Position numbers and translations under genes: made by a program. Shown here one piece after another: positions 13,676-27,557 of a stretch of DNA of 64,000 nucleotides. The notes beneath the pieces were generated by a model. That model was given only the letters and a program-made list of their open reading frames with translations. It did not search any database and had not been told where the DNA came from. This DNA is from Eledone cirrhosa (lineage: Eukaryota): positions 404,240,001-404,304,000 of the forward strand of contig OZ024740.1 of NCBI GenBank assembly GCA_964016885.1. Reading direction: 5' to 3'. Positions within the stretch are counted from its first letter, which is position 1. Every line of letters begins with the position of its first letter.

Positions 13676-14083
13676 GCTGTTCTTTACGGCTGCTGAGTAG
13701 GGTGGGTTGTACCACGTGATTTTTCTGCGTCTACTCCTATATGGGTGGGTTTGGGGCGTCGTGAGTTGTTGGAGAGTTGTTGGGTTGCTGGTGGTTCCCG
13801 CATTGTTGCTTCCCCTTTGGGCGCTATGCGTTTTGCTATCTTCACGGCCTGAATCTGTGGGGTGGTCGTTGCCCGCGCTGGGAGATCCACTGTGGGGTGG
13901 TCCCCCCCCCCACGTGTCCTGTTCAAAGTTAGGAGCAGAAATACTATGTATGTATATATATGTATGAATGTATGCATGGATGTATGGATGTATTTATCTG
14001 TATGTATGCGTGTATATATGTATGCATTATGTATAAACTATATAAATTCTGTATAGACTATAGTCTATTTCATACCAATACAC

Positions 14084-14149
14084 TTTGAGTAAATGTCACT
14101 GATGAAAGATTAAGAAAACTTTGAAACAGCGTTGTCTGACATACTCAAA
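14084..14149 (+). ncRNA. Hammerhead ribozyme with extended stem I
   Basis: tttgagt.aatgtca-CTGATGA-aag...ctt t-GAAAC-agcgtt-GTC-tgacat-actcaaa. Confidence 0.8.
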
Positions 14150-14345
14150 ACAAGCTAACAACTATGTGATATATCCACGGGGGAAAAGAGTGAAAAATAA
14201 AACTATTTTCCATTTCGAAAAACTATTTTTCCCCGCAGCGAGGGCTACTCATATGTTTATTGGATATAAACGTATTATATATGTTTATATATATTTTCAT
14301 ACATACCTCTAGTATGCTTAAACGCTGCCTTAGTGCAACCACCAA

Positions 14346-14377
<32 letters not shown>

Positions 14378-14674
14378 ATGTGTGTATTTGTGTGTGTGTG
14401 TATGAGTTTGTGCTTCTGTGTGTGTAGGGGGAGTTTTAATTGTGTGTGCGTGTTTGTGTGTGTTTGTATGTGTGTGTGAGTGTGAGTGTGTGTGTGTGTG
14501 GTTCTGTGTGTATGTGTCTGTGCGTGTGCGTTTGTGTTTGTGTGTGAAAGTGGGCGAGAGTGTATGAGTTTGTGTGTGTGTTTGCGTGTGTGTGCGTCTG
14601 CGCGTGTGTGTGGAAGTTTTAATTGTGCGTGTGTGCGTGTGTGTATGTATGTGAGTTTGCATGAGTGTGTAAGT

Positions 14675-14705
<31 letters not shown>

Positions 14706-14987
14706 CGCGTATGTGTGTGTGTTTGTGTTTGTGTGAGTGTTTGTGTGTGTGCTTCTGTGTGTGTGAGTTTGGGTGTGCGTGTATGTGTATGTGTGTATGA
14801 GTGTGTGTATGTGTTTGTATGTGTATGTGTGTGGGTGTATGTGAGCGTATGTGTGTGTATGTACGTGTGTGTGTGAGTACGTGTGTGTATGTGTGTGTAT
14901 GAATGTGTGTATGTACGTGTGTGGGTGGGTGTATGTGTGTATGTGGGTGTGTGTATGTGTGTGTATGTGTGTGTATGAGTGTGTGTA

Positions 14988-15080
<93 letters not shown>

Positions 15081-15699
15081 TTAATTAGTCAATGGTTCTA
15101 AACTGAACATTCTAGTATGATGGATGAAATTTAAAGCGATGTCAAATACGATAAATTGATAAATTGCTTGCCTAGAGTAATAAATGTAGTTTACTTTTCA
15201 CTAATATAAACAAGTAGTTTCCTATTCAGAAACCTGGGCTGCTCCTTTTTCATAGTACTAATTTAAAGAGTATATACTAACCAGAGTGTTAATGTGTGTT
15301 TGTGGGGTGTTTTATCTATAGGTAAATAAATCCGTTTCCGAATTCCAGTAATAGTGGGAAGTTGTGTTGCTGTTGTTGTTGTTGTTGTTTGTGGTGGTGG
15401 GGGGGGTGCTGCTGCTGCTGCTGCGGTTGGTAGGAGTGAAGGTGAGAGTGGGGATGATGACAAAGATACGTGCATGTGTTTTTGTGTGTGTATGTACATA
15501 TGTAACTGAACTGAGAAAATATACATATATATATAGAGAGAGAGATATATATAAATAAATATACACGGGTGTGTATGATTGTGTATAGAAGATTATATTA
15601 ATAAAAGGAATTCCAACTTTGTCTGATTTACGCGTTTTATTTACTATCCTTTAAAATGTATAATGGTACTAGAATGAAATAGTATGGTAGAATATGAAA

Positions 15700-18045
15700 T
15701 CTTAAGTGTTAATTGAACAAGTACTTTCATGCTTTCGGTGTGTGTGATTATAGGTCTGTACGAAACTAAGAAGAGATATGTGTGTATAGGTGAGTAAAAG
15801 AGTGTGTGTGCATGTAAGTACGAAGCTATGAGCAAAGAGAAAGCGATAGGAATCTAGGGGTGTGATAATGAGGTTAGAGAAATTGGGGAGGTGAGTTAAA
15901 TCCAAGAGAGGAATAGGACCAAGACGGTGAATCAGACTTTGTTCAGTCCTGGTGCGCGAGGCCTGTGATCCATGATGTAAAAGGACACTCAGGACTGAAA
16001 CATGTAGGGAAGAATGACCAGGAGAACAGAAATGACGGGCGACAGGAGTATCCAAACCGAGTCGTATGTCCCTCAAACGTTCGGCAAAACGGTCCGCCAT
16101 ACGGCGTCCCGTTTGTCCGATATATAAAGACCCACAAAGGGAACACCGGGGAGCATAGACAACGTGGGTGAATGTGCAGGTGAAGGAATAGCGGATACGG
16201 AAAGACCCGTTAGGGCCTGTAAGAGTGGTGAGGGTGGAAATAAAGAGACAAGTGTTGCTGCGGGAAAGGGAACAAGGATGAGGGCCGGGTGGAGTCGTGA
16301 GAGAGGACGAAAAAGAACTACGAACCAGGAGGTCGCGGAGGTTTCGGGCGCGCTTAAAAGCAGTAATGGGTGGGTTTGGAAAAAAGCGAGAAGTGACGGG
16401 GTCAGAAGAGAGGATACAGAAGGAACGGAGGATATGTCGCCGGAGTGGTAGGGTGCTGGGGTGGTAGGTGAGAGGGAAAGGAACACGAGTGTTGGGAGGG
16501 CGGGGTGAGGTGAGAGGGCTTTGGTGCGGTCTGTTTCACGGGCGCGGGTGAGAGCAGCGTGGATCAAGGTGGGTGGATATCCACGCTGGATAAAGCAGGA
16601 AGCCATGCGAAGGGAATGGGTTTCGAAATCGTTGTCCTGGCTACAGAGTCGACGAAGACGGAGGAATTGGGAATAGGCTATGGAGTGTTTGGTGTGGGTT
16701 GGATGGGAGGAGGTGAAGTCGAGATAGGATTGGTAGTCTGTTGTTTTAATGTAGATGGAAGTAGAGACGGTGTGGTGAGAGTGATTAATAGATAGAGAGA
16801 TATCTAAAAAAGCGACAGAAGAATCGGAGACGGAGGCGGTGAATTTGAGAGCAGGATAGAAAGATTGGACAAAAGAAAGAAAACAGTCGAGCTGTTCTCG
16901 TGATAGAGAGGTGGCGCCGATACAGTCGTCGATATAACGACCGTATAGCTCAGGAGTCGGTCCAGCGTACTGGGAGAAGATCTGGGCTTCGACGTAGCTA
17001 ACAAACAAGTTGGCATAGTTCGGATCCATTCTGGTTCCCATCGCTACCCCAGAGACCTGCTGGTAAAATTCACCCGAAAAAGAAAATCCATTAAGGGTGA
17101 GAACAAGCTCAGTCAGACGGAGAAGAGTGGTAGTGCTGGGGTAAGGGGTAGGGCGTAAATCTAAAAAATGCTGGAGAGCGCGGACGCCGTCATCATGAGG
17201 GATGACGGTATAGAGAGAAGTGATGTCCAGGGTAAAGAGAAGGTGGGAGGAACCAGGAGGGAGGGAGAAAGAGTTGAAAAGTCTAAGGGCATGATTTGTA
17301 TCGTGGATGTGGGAGGGGATATTGCGGACTAATGGGGCGAGGGTGGTGTCTAAATATTCAGAAACTATCTCGCTGGGGCAGTTGCACGCAGAAACGATAG
17401 CACGGCCAGGATTATTTTGTTTGTTTATTTGGGGGAGGAAGTAGATGGTGGGTGTGCAAGGGGTGCGTACAATAAGGTTGGTGGCTGTGGGGGGTAGGTG
17501 AGAGGAGGAGATGAGCTTGTGGATGGTGGAGGACACGAGTTGTTGGTAGCCAGGAGTGGGGTCGGAGGATAAAGGGTGGTAAAAAAGGTTATTGTGAAGC
17601 TGGCGGAGAGCCTCAGCCCTATAGAGGTCAGCGTTCCAAACCACCACAGCGCCACCTTTGTCAGCAGGTTTGATGACAATGTCATCGAGACATCGAAGGT
17701 TGCGAAGAGCGGAGAGCTCAGTTAGCGTGATGTTAGAGCGACGAGAATGCTGGTGGAAACTGAACCGATTCACAGTACGCCGGCAAGTATCGACAAAGGA
17801 GTCGAGGGTGCTGAACTGGCCAGAGCTCGGCGTCCAATGTGATTGCCGGCGACTGAGACGAGTGAAGTCGTCCGTCTGTGTTGATGATGGCGTGTCGTGA
17901 AAAAAAGCTTTCAGCTTTAAACGACGGAAGAACCCTTCAATCTCGGCACGTGTGCGGAACTCGTCGCAGGTAGATGTTGTTGGTATAACACGCAAACCAC
18001 GGGCGAGGAGGGAGCGCTCAGCTTCGGAAACAGAAATAACAACAC
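15700..18045 (-). mobile_element. Neptune-like Penelope element, frameshifted RT and GIY-YIG ORF
   Basis: IKPADKGGAVVVW, TLDITSLYTVIP, GVAMGTRMDPNYANLF, RYIDD, FLDI, SQFLRLRRLCS; endonuclease end ADRFAERLRDIR in ORF 15702-16100. Confidence 0.9.
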
Positions 18046-18061
18046 AATTGGTACAGTATAT

Positions 18062-20465
18062 CAGGCATGTCAAACTGAGGATCCCATAAAGGCCGCATGG
18101 GTCAGATATGTGTTGTCTGAGGGCCGCACATGACAACTAATTGTGCACATTACAACTAATTAAAGTCATTTAATAAAATTTATTGCAGAAAAATTTGTTA
18201 CTTAAATTTAGAAACTTACAATGTACATACAAATGTTTTAGCAACATTCATGAATACAAAGTAATGAAATGGTTTGACAAAAAACTAAAATTTTAAATGG
18301 CAACATATACTTGCAGCTTGCAACAGCAACAAATACATTGTACAAAAATTACAACAGTTCAAAACTGAACATTTATTTGCCACTATTCGACCATTTTAGT
18401 GTTTTGTCCTGGGGCTTGACACCTCTTTTTGTGGACAATTTTTGGTATGTCTGGCTGAAATGTCTGTACAGTTCCGACTTTGATCAGAGATGACAGGTGT
18501 TGATCAGTCAGCCTTGTTCTCTGGGAAGTTTTTGTTAATTTCATGAAGGAAAATAACTGTTCACACACATAGGTAGAACCAAACATTGCCATAATCTTTG
18601 TGGCAAACTTTCTAGAGTTTTTAAACTTTTCAGGAAGGTATGAAAAGAAACCAGGTATCCCCACTTCAAGATATTTTGCTCTGAGTGGAGAATCTGACTG
18701 CATTTCCAATAGTTCCATCTGCAGGCTGTCTTCTGCCTTGGCAACATCTAAGGTGAATGGTGCTGAGAATAATGCAAACTGATGTTCAAAAGTTGAGAAA
18801 TCACTAAATCTTTCCTGAAATTCCTTTGACAACAATTCCAGGTGACTGTCATACATAGCAAAGCTAAGTACAGAATCAGTATTGACAGTGTTTTTCAGCT
18901 CTTTGCACGTAGGAAAATTATCTAAATTTTCATTTGACAACTGTGACTTCCATAAGCTTAGTTTTCTAACAAAGCACTTGATGTCATCATACAACTGAGT
19001 GATGAGTTTGTTTTTACCTTGTAATTTCAAATTAAGATCAGTTAATTGTGCAGTAATATCCACAGCAAAAGCCAAATCTTGGAGCCAACTTTCATCTTTT
19101 ATTTCATCTGTGTTTTGATCTTTCATCTCTAAAAGCATAATTATTTCTTGTCTCAACAAATAGAATCTTTTCAGCACTTTGTCACATAACAACCAGCATA
19201 CTTCTGTGTATAATGGAACATCGGTGAACTGATTATCCCTATCTTCTAATAACTGGCTGAACTGACGGTGGTTGAGAGTACGGCCTCTGATATAGTTCAC
19301 TGTCTTTGTGACCAAGCTAAGCACATGATGCAATTTAAAAATCTTTGAACACAAGTTTTGCTGATAAATAATACAGTGAAAATGTGCAAATAATGAATCT
19401 GGATGCGAGTTTTCTATTTTTGTTCGTAACTTGGCAGCAACACCATTATGTCTGTCAACCACATTCGCTGCACCGTCAGTAGATAAGCATGCACGTTTAC
19501 TCAAATCAAAACCATAGTCATGAAAAACCTGCTCGACCTTCTCAAAGATGTCCTGGCTTGTTATAGTGTCATGCATGGGGACCAGTTCAATCAGTTCTTC
19601 ATAAATATTAAATTGACTATCACAGGCCCTGATGAAGAATGCAAGCTGTGCTATTCCAGTGATGTCAACGGTTTCATCAATAGCAATAGAAAAACATTCA
19701 AACCTTGATGATACAGCCTTCAGCTGTTGTTTCAGATCACCTGACATTTCATCAATCCATTTAGCAACAGTGTTCCAGGTTAATGAAATGTCTTTGAATA
19801 ACTGTGCTTTCTCTGGACATACAATTTCAGCTGTTTTTACAAGGCATTGCTTTACAAAATCTCCTTCGCTGTAAGATTTCCTACTCATGGCGATCATTCG
19901 GCTGAGTTCATAGCTTGCAGTAACGGAAGCGACATTCTCTTCTTGAATTTACATAAAACAGGTCTGTTGCTGTGTCAAGTTAGCCTTCAATCCTTGAGTC
20001 TTGAAAAACACATTTGGCCTTCATATTTATCGTAAGATCGATGGTTTGTTTCATTATTCCTTTTCAAATTGTACTCTTTTGGTGTGGCGATACAATTGTT
20101 GCAGTGTATCTTTCCGTTCACTGTTGTGTAAAATTACTGTAATTTCCGCTTTTCTTGAAACACTCGCCTTCGTTCAATTTCCTTTTTCTCTTAGCTGGAG
20201 GAGCACTAGCCATTTTAAAAGAAAAAACTTTTGAAAATTTGAAAGAAAGTTTTCTGTTTACAACTGTTAATGAGCTGCGCGTGATTCATCGGAAGTTAAA
20301 AGTAGTTGACAAAAATCGCATAAAAGAAACAATCGTATAGAAATTATTTTTAATTTCATATTACGAAGATAAAACATGCTCGCGCTGTAAAAACCTTTGT
20401 GCGGACCGCAGGTGTGCTTGCAAAGGGCCGCATGCGGTCCGCAGGCCGCATGTTTCTTATGTCTG
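18062..20465 (-). mobile_element. hAT DNA transposon (Charlie/SPIN/GTF2IRD2-like)
   Basis: TIRs caggcatgtcaaac (18062) and gtttcttatgtctg (20465); GC-rich subterminal repeats; internal transposase. Confidence 0.85.
18383..19897 (-). CDS. hAT transposase; N-terminus frameshifted (probable start ~20213); probably inactive
   Basis: FSIAIDETVDITGIAQLAFFIR, STDGAANV, HCIIY (CxxH altered), WLQDLAFAVDI, MFGSTYVCEQLFS, RTRLTD. Confidence 0.88.
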   Translation of the reverse strand: MIAMSRKSYSEGDFVKQCLVKTAEIVCPEKAQLFKDISLTWNTVAKWIDEMSGDLKQQLKAVSSRFECFSIAIDETVDITGIAQLAFFIRACDSQFNIYEELIELVPMHDTITSQDIFEKVEQVFHDYGFDLSKRACLSTDGAANVVDRHNGVAAKLRTKIENSHPDSLFAHFHCIIYQQNLCSKIFKLHHVLSLVTKTVNYIRGRTLNHRQFSQLLEDRDNQFTDVPLYTEVCWLLCDKVLKRFYLLRQEIIMLLEMKDQNTDEIKDESWLQDLAFAVDITAQLTDLNLKLQGKNKLITQLYDDIKCFVRKLSLWKSQLSNENLDNFPTCKELKNTVNTDSVLSFAMYDSHLELLSKEFQERFSDFSTFEHQFALFSAPFTLDVAKAEDSLQMELLEMQSDSPLRAKYLEVGIPGFFSYLPEKFKNSRKFATKIMAMFGSTYVCEQLFSFMKLTKTSQRTRLTDQHLSSLIKVGTVQTFQPDIPKIVHKKRCQAPGQNTKMVE

Positions 20466-20524
20466 GTCTAGATAGATGAGAAATAAAACGTGGATGTAGT
20501 TTATGGAACATCCAAATGATTTAG

Positions 20525-20955
20525 AAGTCGACCTTAAGAAAGACATGAACGACACCACATCCTTTTGAATTGAACATTTTGAAAGTAGGCTTGTAAGTAT
20601 GAATTTTCAGTAGATTTTTTGTAGCTGTCTCAGTGGCCTAGTGATAGGTGCTAGAGACGGTGGAAATCCTCGTCTTGGTTTCAATCCTGGTCAAGAGATA
20701 CATGTAAAAATGTTGTTTTTATTTTACATCCCATAGAAAAAGACTGAAAAGGTTTACCGGGAACCCTACTCCCGACCAGGATCGAACTTCAGACCAGGAT
20801 CACCATCATCTATGATTCCTCCACCTAGACCGCCGAAACAGCTCCAAAGGTTTAATGAAAATTAATAATTATAAACCTGCTTTCAAAATCAAAGTTAAAA
20901 AGATGTGGTGTCGTTCATGACTTTCCTGGAGCTATTAGTCATATTTAGGGTCGAC
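20525..20955. mobile_element. Degenerate fold-back element with two convergent tRNA-like heads
   Basis: catgaacgacaccacatc (20544) / gatgtggtgtcgttcatg (20902); agctgtctcagtggcctag...ttcaatcctggtc and its inverted homolog. Confidence 0.5.
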
Positions 20956-21041
20956 TTGTCAATCTTCTGGCTCTTTGGTAACAACCTATTATTCCTATGT
21001 GTGTTTAACTGTTGAATTATTTTAATTTAATTATTTTAACA

Positions 21042-21133
<92 letters not shown>

Positions 21134-21220
21134 AAAATGGAACTGGAACAAAACAGAGAGGCAGTACGAACAAAGGTTTATTAGTTTCATGCTCTTGAGA
21201 GTGGGGGGTAGTGGGGAACG

Positions 21221-21250
21221 ACGTTTCGGGCATAAGCCCTTCTTCAGGTG
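21221..21250 (-). ncRNA. Minimal PLE hammerhead motif
   Basis: Reverse complement: CTGAAGA-agggc ttat gccc-GAAAC-GTC; stem I is poorly paired. Confidence 0.55.
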
Positions 21251-22140
21251 AAAAGTGTGTGGGAAGAGAGTTCCGAGGGTGTGTGGGTGAGTGGAGGAGA
21301 GACATTTAGAAAAAGGGGGGAAGGAGGAAAAACGGTCGAAGGGGTACAAATAAAAATAAATATAAAAAAATGAAAATAAAAATAAACATGAAGATAAACA
21401 AGTGGTGGAAGGGTGTGGGGCGTGTTGGGGTGGTGGCGGGTGGAATGGGGAGAGGGAGGCGGCGTGTCCGAGCGGGGAGGGCTAAGGTCGTGTATGTGTG
21501 TAGGTGTACGTGTGTGTGTGTGTGTGTGTGTGAATGTGAGAGTTGAGGGAAGAACGAGGTTCCATGTTCAGGAAAAGGGGTGTGTGTGGGGTGGGGTGTA
21601 GGTCGGATGGGGAGGGATCAGAGGGGTGGGGAGGGGGGAAAGGATTCCGGAGGCTGAGTGTGTATATATGTGGGGGTACGTACGTGTGTGTGTAGGTGGC
21701 GTGGTGGGAAAAAAATGTTGTGAGTGTATGTCCGTGGGTAAGTTCCTAAGGTAGTTCCGTAGAGGGTGTGGTGAGTTGCCGGAGATTTTCCTTGTGATGG
21801 AGTTGATGGTGGGAACGATGGCCGATGTGTGTAATCCGTGGTTGTGTTGGTCGGAAGAGGGGAGATGTGGGGTGCGCGCGCAACAGGAAGTGGTCAGAGG
21901 GTCAAAGCAGGAGGAGGATAGAGGAGAATGACAGGTGGAGAGCGCTGTGTGTCTGTGTGTGCGGAGAAGTGGTCAGAGGGTCAAGGCATAGCAGCAGTAG
22001 AGGAGAATGGCAGGTGGAGAAAGTCGTTGTGTCAGTGTGTGCGGAGGTGCGGTGGACAGGAGAGAGGGTGGTTAGGTGTGAAAGGTGGAGTGGGGAGGGG
22101 ACTATGCGGGGGGGGGGGTATTAGTAGATGTGTTAATGGG

Positions 22141-22183
<43 letters not shown>

Positions 22184-22298
22184 GGGGTGTGGGTGGAGCG
22201 GGGAGAGGGAGAGAAAGGTGTGGGGGACGGTGGACGGAGTGTAGTGTACTGGTGTGTGTGTGCGTGTTTGAATGAGTGTGTGTGTGGTGAAGGATGTG

Positions 22299-24780
22299 TT
22301 AGTGGCTGGTGTAAGTGGGTGTGGGTGGGTGTGGGTGTTCGTGTGCGTGGGTAGGGGGGATGTTAGTGGTATTAGTTGTGGGGTGGTGGGAGTGGATGTG
22401 TGGGTGAGGGTTAGTGGTAGTAGTAGGGTGTGTGGATAGTGTGAGTGCGTGTATATATGTACCGGTGGGTGTGTGCGTGATGGGGGTAGGGGTATGGAGG
22501 GGGAGGGGGAAATGGGGGATAGTATTGTTAGTTGGGGAGGGTAGTCGGGGGTGGGTGGGGGTGTTAGTATTGTTAGTTGTGGGGTGGGCGGTGAAAGAGG
22601 AGTGTGTTAGTGGTGTTAGTGTGGAATATGTGTGGGGGGGAGGAACAGGGCGGTCAACGGCTAAAGGAATAGGCGTGGCGAGTTCAGGCCGGGGGAGTGT
22701 GGTCTGTAGGGTGAGGATGGTGCGTTGTTCGACCCTGAGGAGGGTGGTGGGTGTTCCGTGGCGTTGGAGTAGACCACAGACTGTGAGGTGGTGCGCGGAA
22801 TGTCCAGGGGAGCCAAAGTGGCGGGCGATGGGGGAACTCCCGCCGAGACGAATATCCCGGAGGTGTTCGGTGAAACGGTCCGCCAGGCGACGCCCAGTCT
22901 GTCCGACGTAGGTTGCGCTACACTCCGTGCAGCGAAGTCCATAGACTAGGTTGGAGGAGGTGCAGCGGAAGGCGTGCCGGACAGAGAGAGAGTGGCCGTT
23001 GGGACCCTGGAAGATGGTGGTGTTGGTGATGTGGGGACAGGTGTTGCAACGAGGCCTGGAACAGAGAAGGGAACCGGGGGGCGTGGGTTGGGGGGGTAGG
23101 GAGCTGGGGACGAGGAGGGTGCGGAGGTTGCGTGTGCGTTTGAAGGAGGGGAGTGGTAGGGATGGGAAGATGTGGGAGGTGGAGGGGTCGGACTGGAGGC
23201 GTCGGAAGAGGCGGAGGATGGTGCGGTGGAGGGCTAGGGTGGAGGGGTGGTAGGTGATGGGGAAGGGGAGACGGTGGGTGGGTGTGCGGTGGTGTGGGAT
23301 GAGGGTGGTGGAGTGGTGGACAGCACGGGCGTGAGTGATGGCGGTGTGGACGGGGGAGGAAGTGGGGGGGCCTCTGCGGATGAAATGGCTGACTAGGGAA
23401 AGGGCCTGGGACTCAAAGTCAGCATCTCGGCTGCAGAGGCGGCGGATCCTGAGGAGTTGGGAGTAGGGAATAGAGTGTTTAGTGTGTGTAGGGTGGGAGG
23501 AGGTGAAGTCGAGGTAGAAGTGGGAGTCGGTAGGTTTGATGAAGGCGGAGGTGATGAGGGAGTGGTGGGAGGGGTCGAAGGCGACGGAGATGTCTAAGAA
23601 GTGGACGTGGGTGATGGAGATAGAGATGGTGAAGTGGAGGGACGGGTGGAAAGAGCAGAAGAAGGAGAGAAAGGAGTCGAGCTGTTCTCGGGTGAGGGTC
23701 ATGGCTCCGATACAGTCGTCGATGTAACGACCGTACAGTTCGGGTGTGGGGCCGGTGTACTGGGCAAAGATTTGGGCCTCAACATGGCCAACGAAAAGGT
23801 TGGCATAGTGTGGGCCCATTCTTGTGCCCATGGCTACCCCCGTGACCTGTTGGTAAAACTCACCTGAGAAGGAGAAACAGTTGAAGGTGAGGACCATCTC
23901 GGCGAGGAGAAGGAGGGGGGGGGGCGAAGTTCGAGGTAGTGCTTGAGGGCACGTAGGCCGTCGGGGTGGGGGATGACGGTATAAAGCGACTTGATATCTA
24001 GGGTGAAGAGGAAGGGCTGTGGGCCGGGTGGGAAGGTGAAGGAGTCTAATAGGAGAAGGGCGTGGTTGGTGTCGGATATGTGGGAGGGGAAGGTGGTGAC
24101 GAGGGGGGCGAGGATGGAGTCAAGAAAGGCGGAAATGAGTTCGGTGGGGCAGTTGCAAGCGGAGACGATGGGGCGACCGGGGTTGTCGGGTTTGTGGAGT
24201 TTGGGGAGAAAGTAGATAGTGGGGGTGCGGGGGTACGGACGATGAGGTGGGAAGCGGTTGGGGGTGGGGGGAGACAAGGTGTTGGAGGGTAGAGGGCGGT
24301 AGAAGAGGGGGTTACGGAGCTGCCTGAGGGCTTCAGCCGTGTAGAGGTCTGCGCGCCACACTACCACCGCGCCTCCCTTGTCCGCCGATTTGATGACGAT
24401 GTCATCTCGGCTACGGAGGGAGCGGATACCGAGGAGTTCGCCCCGTGAGATGTTATTCCGTTTGGAACGGTGGCGGAAGTCGAAGCGATTTACTGCGCTA
24501 CGGCAGGCGACGACGAACGCGTCCAGGGTGCTAAATTTCCCTGGGGCCGGCGTCCAAGACGTTGGTCGTCGACCCAGGGCGAGAAACGGGTCTGGGGCGT
24601 TCGGAGCCGGTGGCGTTTGATCGAAATGTGCCTGTAGCTTCGTGCGTCGCACGAATCGCTCGACTTCCGTTCGGGTGCTGAACTCGTCGCTGTGCGGAGT
24701 GTGGAGTATGAAGCGAAGGCCTCTACTGAGGAGTGAGCGCTCAGGTGCGGAGAGAAGGAGGTCGGGGGGTATGGTGACAA
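22299..24780 (-). pseudogene. PLE RT, zinc finger and GIY-YIG ORF with frameshifts
   Basis: KSADKGG, PGRPIVS, DIKSLYT, GVAMGT, RYIDD, CSRPRCNTC, VYGLRCTEC..YVGQTGRRLADRFTEH. Confidence 0.9.
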
Positions 24781-25298
24781 CAAGTGGTGGGGTTTGGGTG
24801 TGTGAAGGAGGAGGGGAGGGTGTGGTGAAGGGTGAGGTGGAGGGTGGAGATTGGGTAGAGTTGTGGGGTGGGGTGGAGAGTGGTGGACAGGGGTGGGTGG
24901 GGTGGATAGTGGTGGGGAGGGTGTGAGGGGTGGGGAGGGGGGGAGGATTCCGGAGGCTGAGTGTGTATATATGTGGGGGTACGCACGTGTGTGTGGTGTT
25001 TATATGTATTGTTGATATAGGTGGTGTGGTGGGAAAAAATGTTTGTGAGTGTATGTCTGTGGGTAAGTTCCTAAGGTAGTTCCGTAGAGGGTGTGGTGAG
25101 GTGCCGGATATTTTCCTTGTGATGGAATGCCAATCATTGTATGTTTGAATCTAACTGACATGAAAAAACATATATATATATATATGAATAAGGTGAGCCG
25201 AAATCATAGTAGATTCAAATATCACAAAGAGAGAGAGAGGGGGGAATGAGGTGCGACAGAAATGAAACATGGATTACAGGTTAAAATATAGTCTAGAT

Positions 25299-25478
25299 CA
25301 GGCATCGGAAACTGAAGATCTCCCGAGTGCCACATGGGTCACATATGTGTTGTCTGAGGTCCGCACACGACAACTAATTTTGTTAATTTTATTAAGAAAA
25401 TGAAACATGTTTGGGCTATAAAAACCTTTGTGCGGGCCGCAGGTGTGTTTGTAAAGGGTCACATATTTGACATGCCTG
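25299..25478. mobile_element. hAT MITE, internal-deletion derivative of the 18062-20465 family
   Basis: Both ends are homologous to the ends of the hAT; TIRs caggcatcggaaac / tttgacatgcctg. Confidence 0.85.
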
Positions 25479-25491
25479 CTGTATATGGAAG

Positions 25492-25629
<138 letters not shown>

Positions 25630-25741
25630 ATGTATGTATAGGGTAAACAGATAATATTCATATATATATATATATACCTTCCATATACTGTACCGATTGT
25701 GTTGTTATTTCTGTTTACCGTTTACATACATATATATATAT

Positions 25742-26608
<867 letters not shown>

Positions 26609-27364
26609 AATTCAATTCCGGGCTGCTCAACAACTAACTGTTGGAATGTGCACTTATTGACATAATTGCACCTAACAGCTTGGCATCAGTGAAACTAGTG
26701 CTAGTATACATCAGTATTTCAGTTGTTGTTTTTTTATTAATTGATTTATTAATCAGTTGATATTGTATTAATTGATAACCCTAATCGTTTTGCTAGATCG
26801 TTGCCACCACACTGCTAAATCTGGTATTCTCTGTTTCTGAAACTTATTTCAGTTAAAATTGAATACGATAGTGAGTAGCGCATGTTTACACTACCATAGT
26901 TGCACAAAGCATCTTGTGGTAGTAGGATTTTGTAAACCTATATATATATTGCTCACTCCACTTTTCCCTTCACTGCTCTGTATACACACATACACACCCT
27001 TATATTAACATACTTTTGCTCATAGCTTCGTACTTACATGCACACACACTCTTTTACTCACATATACACACACATTTCTTCTTAGCTTCGTACGGACGTA
27101 TAATAACACACGCATACACACACAGACACACACACATGCTTACACATGTGCACAAGTATAGCTTTTTTTACAAAACGGTTTTTTTCCATTTCAGGTAGAC
27201 GCGCTCCATCATCCACTTTTCTAAAAAATAAATCATACACAAAACGCCAGCATCAACAGTTTTGCAAGAGATGTCAACATGAATGGACCTGTTATTTTTA
27301 TCTAAAGACATTTTTTCCGATTCCAGCCCGCCCGTCCCCTCAAATTATCTTATTTCTCATTCTT

Positions 27365-27400
27365 TCTTCTGATGAAGGACTAGCGTCCGAAACGTTAAGA
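27365..27400 (+). ncRNA. Minimal hammerhead in a terminal-repeat fragment (~27015-27425) related to the 15700-18045 PLE
   Basis: tctt-CTGATGA-a ggac tagc gtcc-GAAAC-GTT-aaga; upstream gctcatagcttcgtacttacatgc matches 15790-15835(-). Confidence 0.75.
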
Positions 27401-27557
27401 GCCTCTTCCTCATTGAATTAATATCACAACATTATCATTAAAGGACTTTAACATCTGGACAAGGGAACGGACGAAGGACCCAAAAGCACCTGCTTTTTCC
27501 GTTCCCTTGTCGATTCACTTTGGATTACCTCGGGAACATAACCTTATTATGTAAGAA

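Larger units (their letters stand above)
11440..13740 (-). mobile_element. 5'-truncated Penelope-like element (family C): GIY-YIG endonuclease plus long 3' repeat with HHR
   Basis: ORF 12908-13675; HHR at 11516-11570; (AAAAATG)n at 12345-12515 and internal duplications in the 3' region. Confidence 0.8.
21130..25125 (-). mobile_element. Neptune-like Penelope element, near full length, partial-tandem terminal-repeat structure
   Basis: ORFs 23834-24652 and 22299-23897; ~180-bp direct repeat 21640-21801 vs 24944-25125; minimal HHR near the 3' end. Confidence 0.9.

Noticed and set aside
15560-15700. Expected hammerhead at the 3' end of the 15700-18045 PLE
   Set aside because: No intact core found by eye; probably decayed or truncated.
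18046-18136. N-terminal extension of the 687-aa PLE ORF
   Set aside because: It is read-through into the adjacent hAT terminus, not part of the PLE protein.
18383-19897. Host gene GTF2IRD2/EPM2AIP1-like
   Set aside because: Bounded by TIRs, N-terminus frameshifted, CxxH altered and a cognate MITE nearby; a transposon copy, so no gene symbol was assigned.
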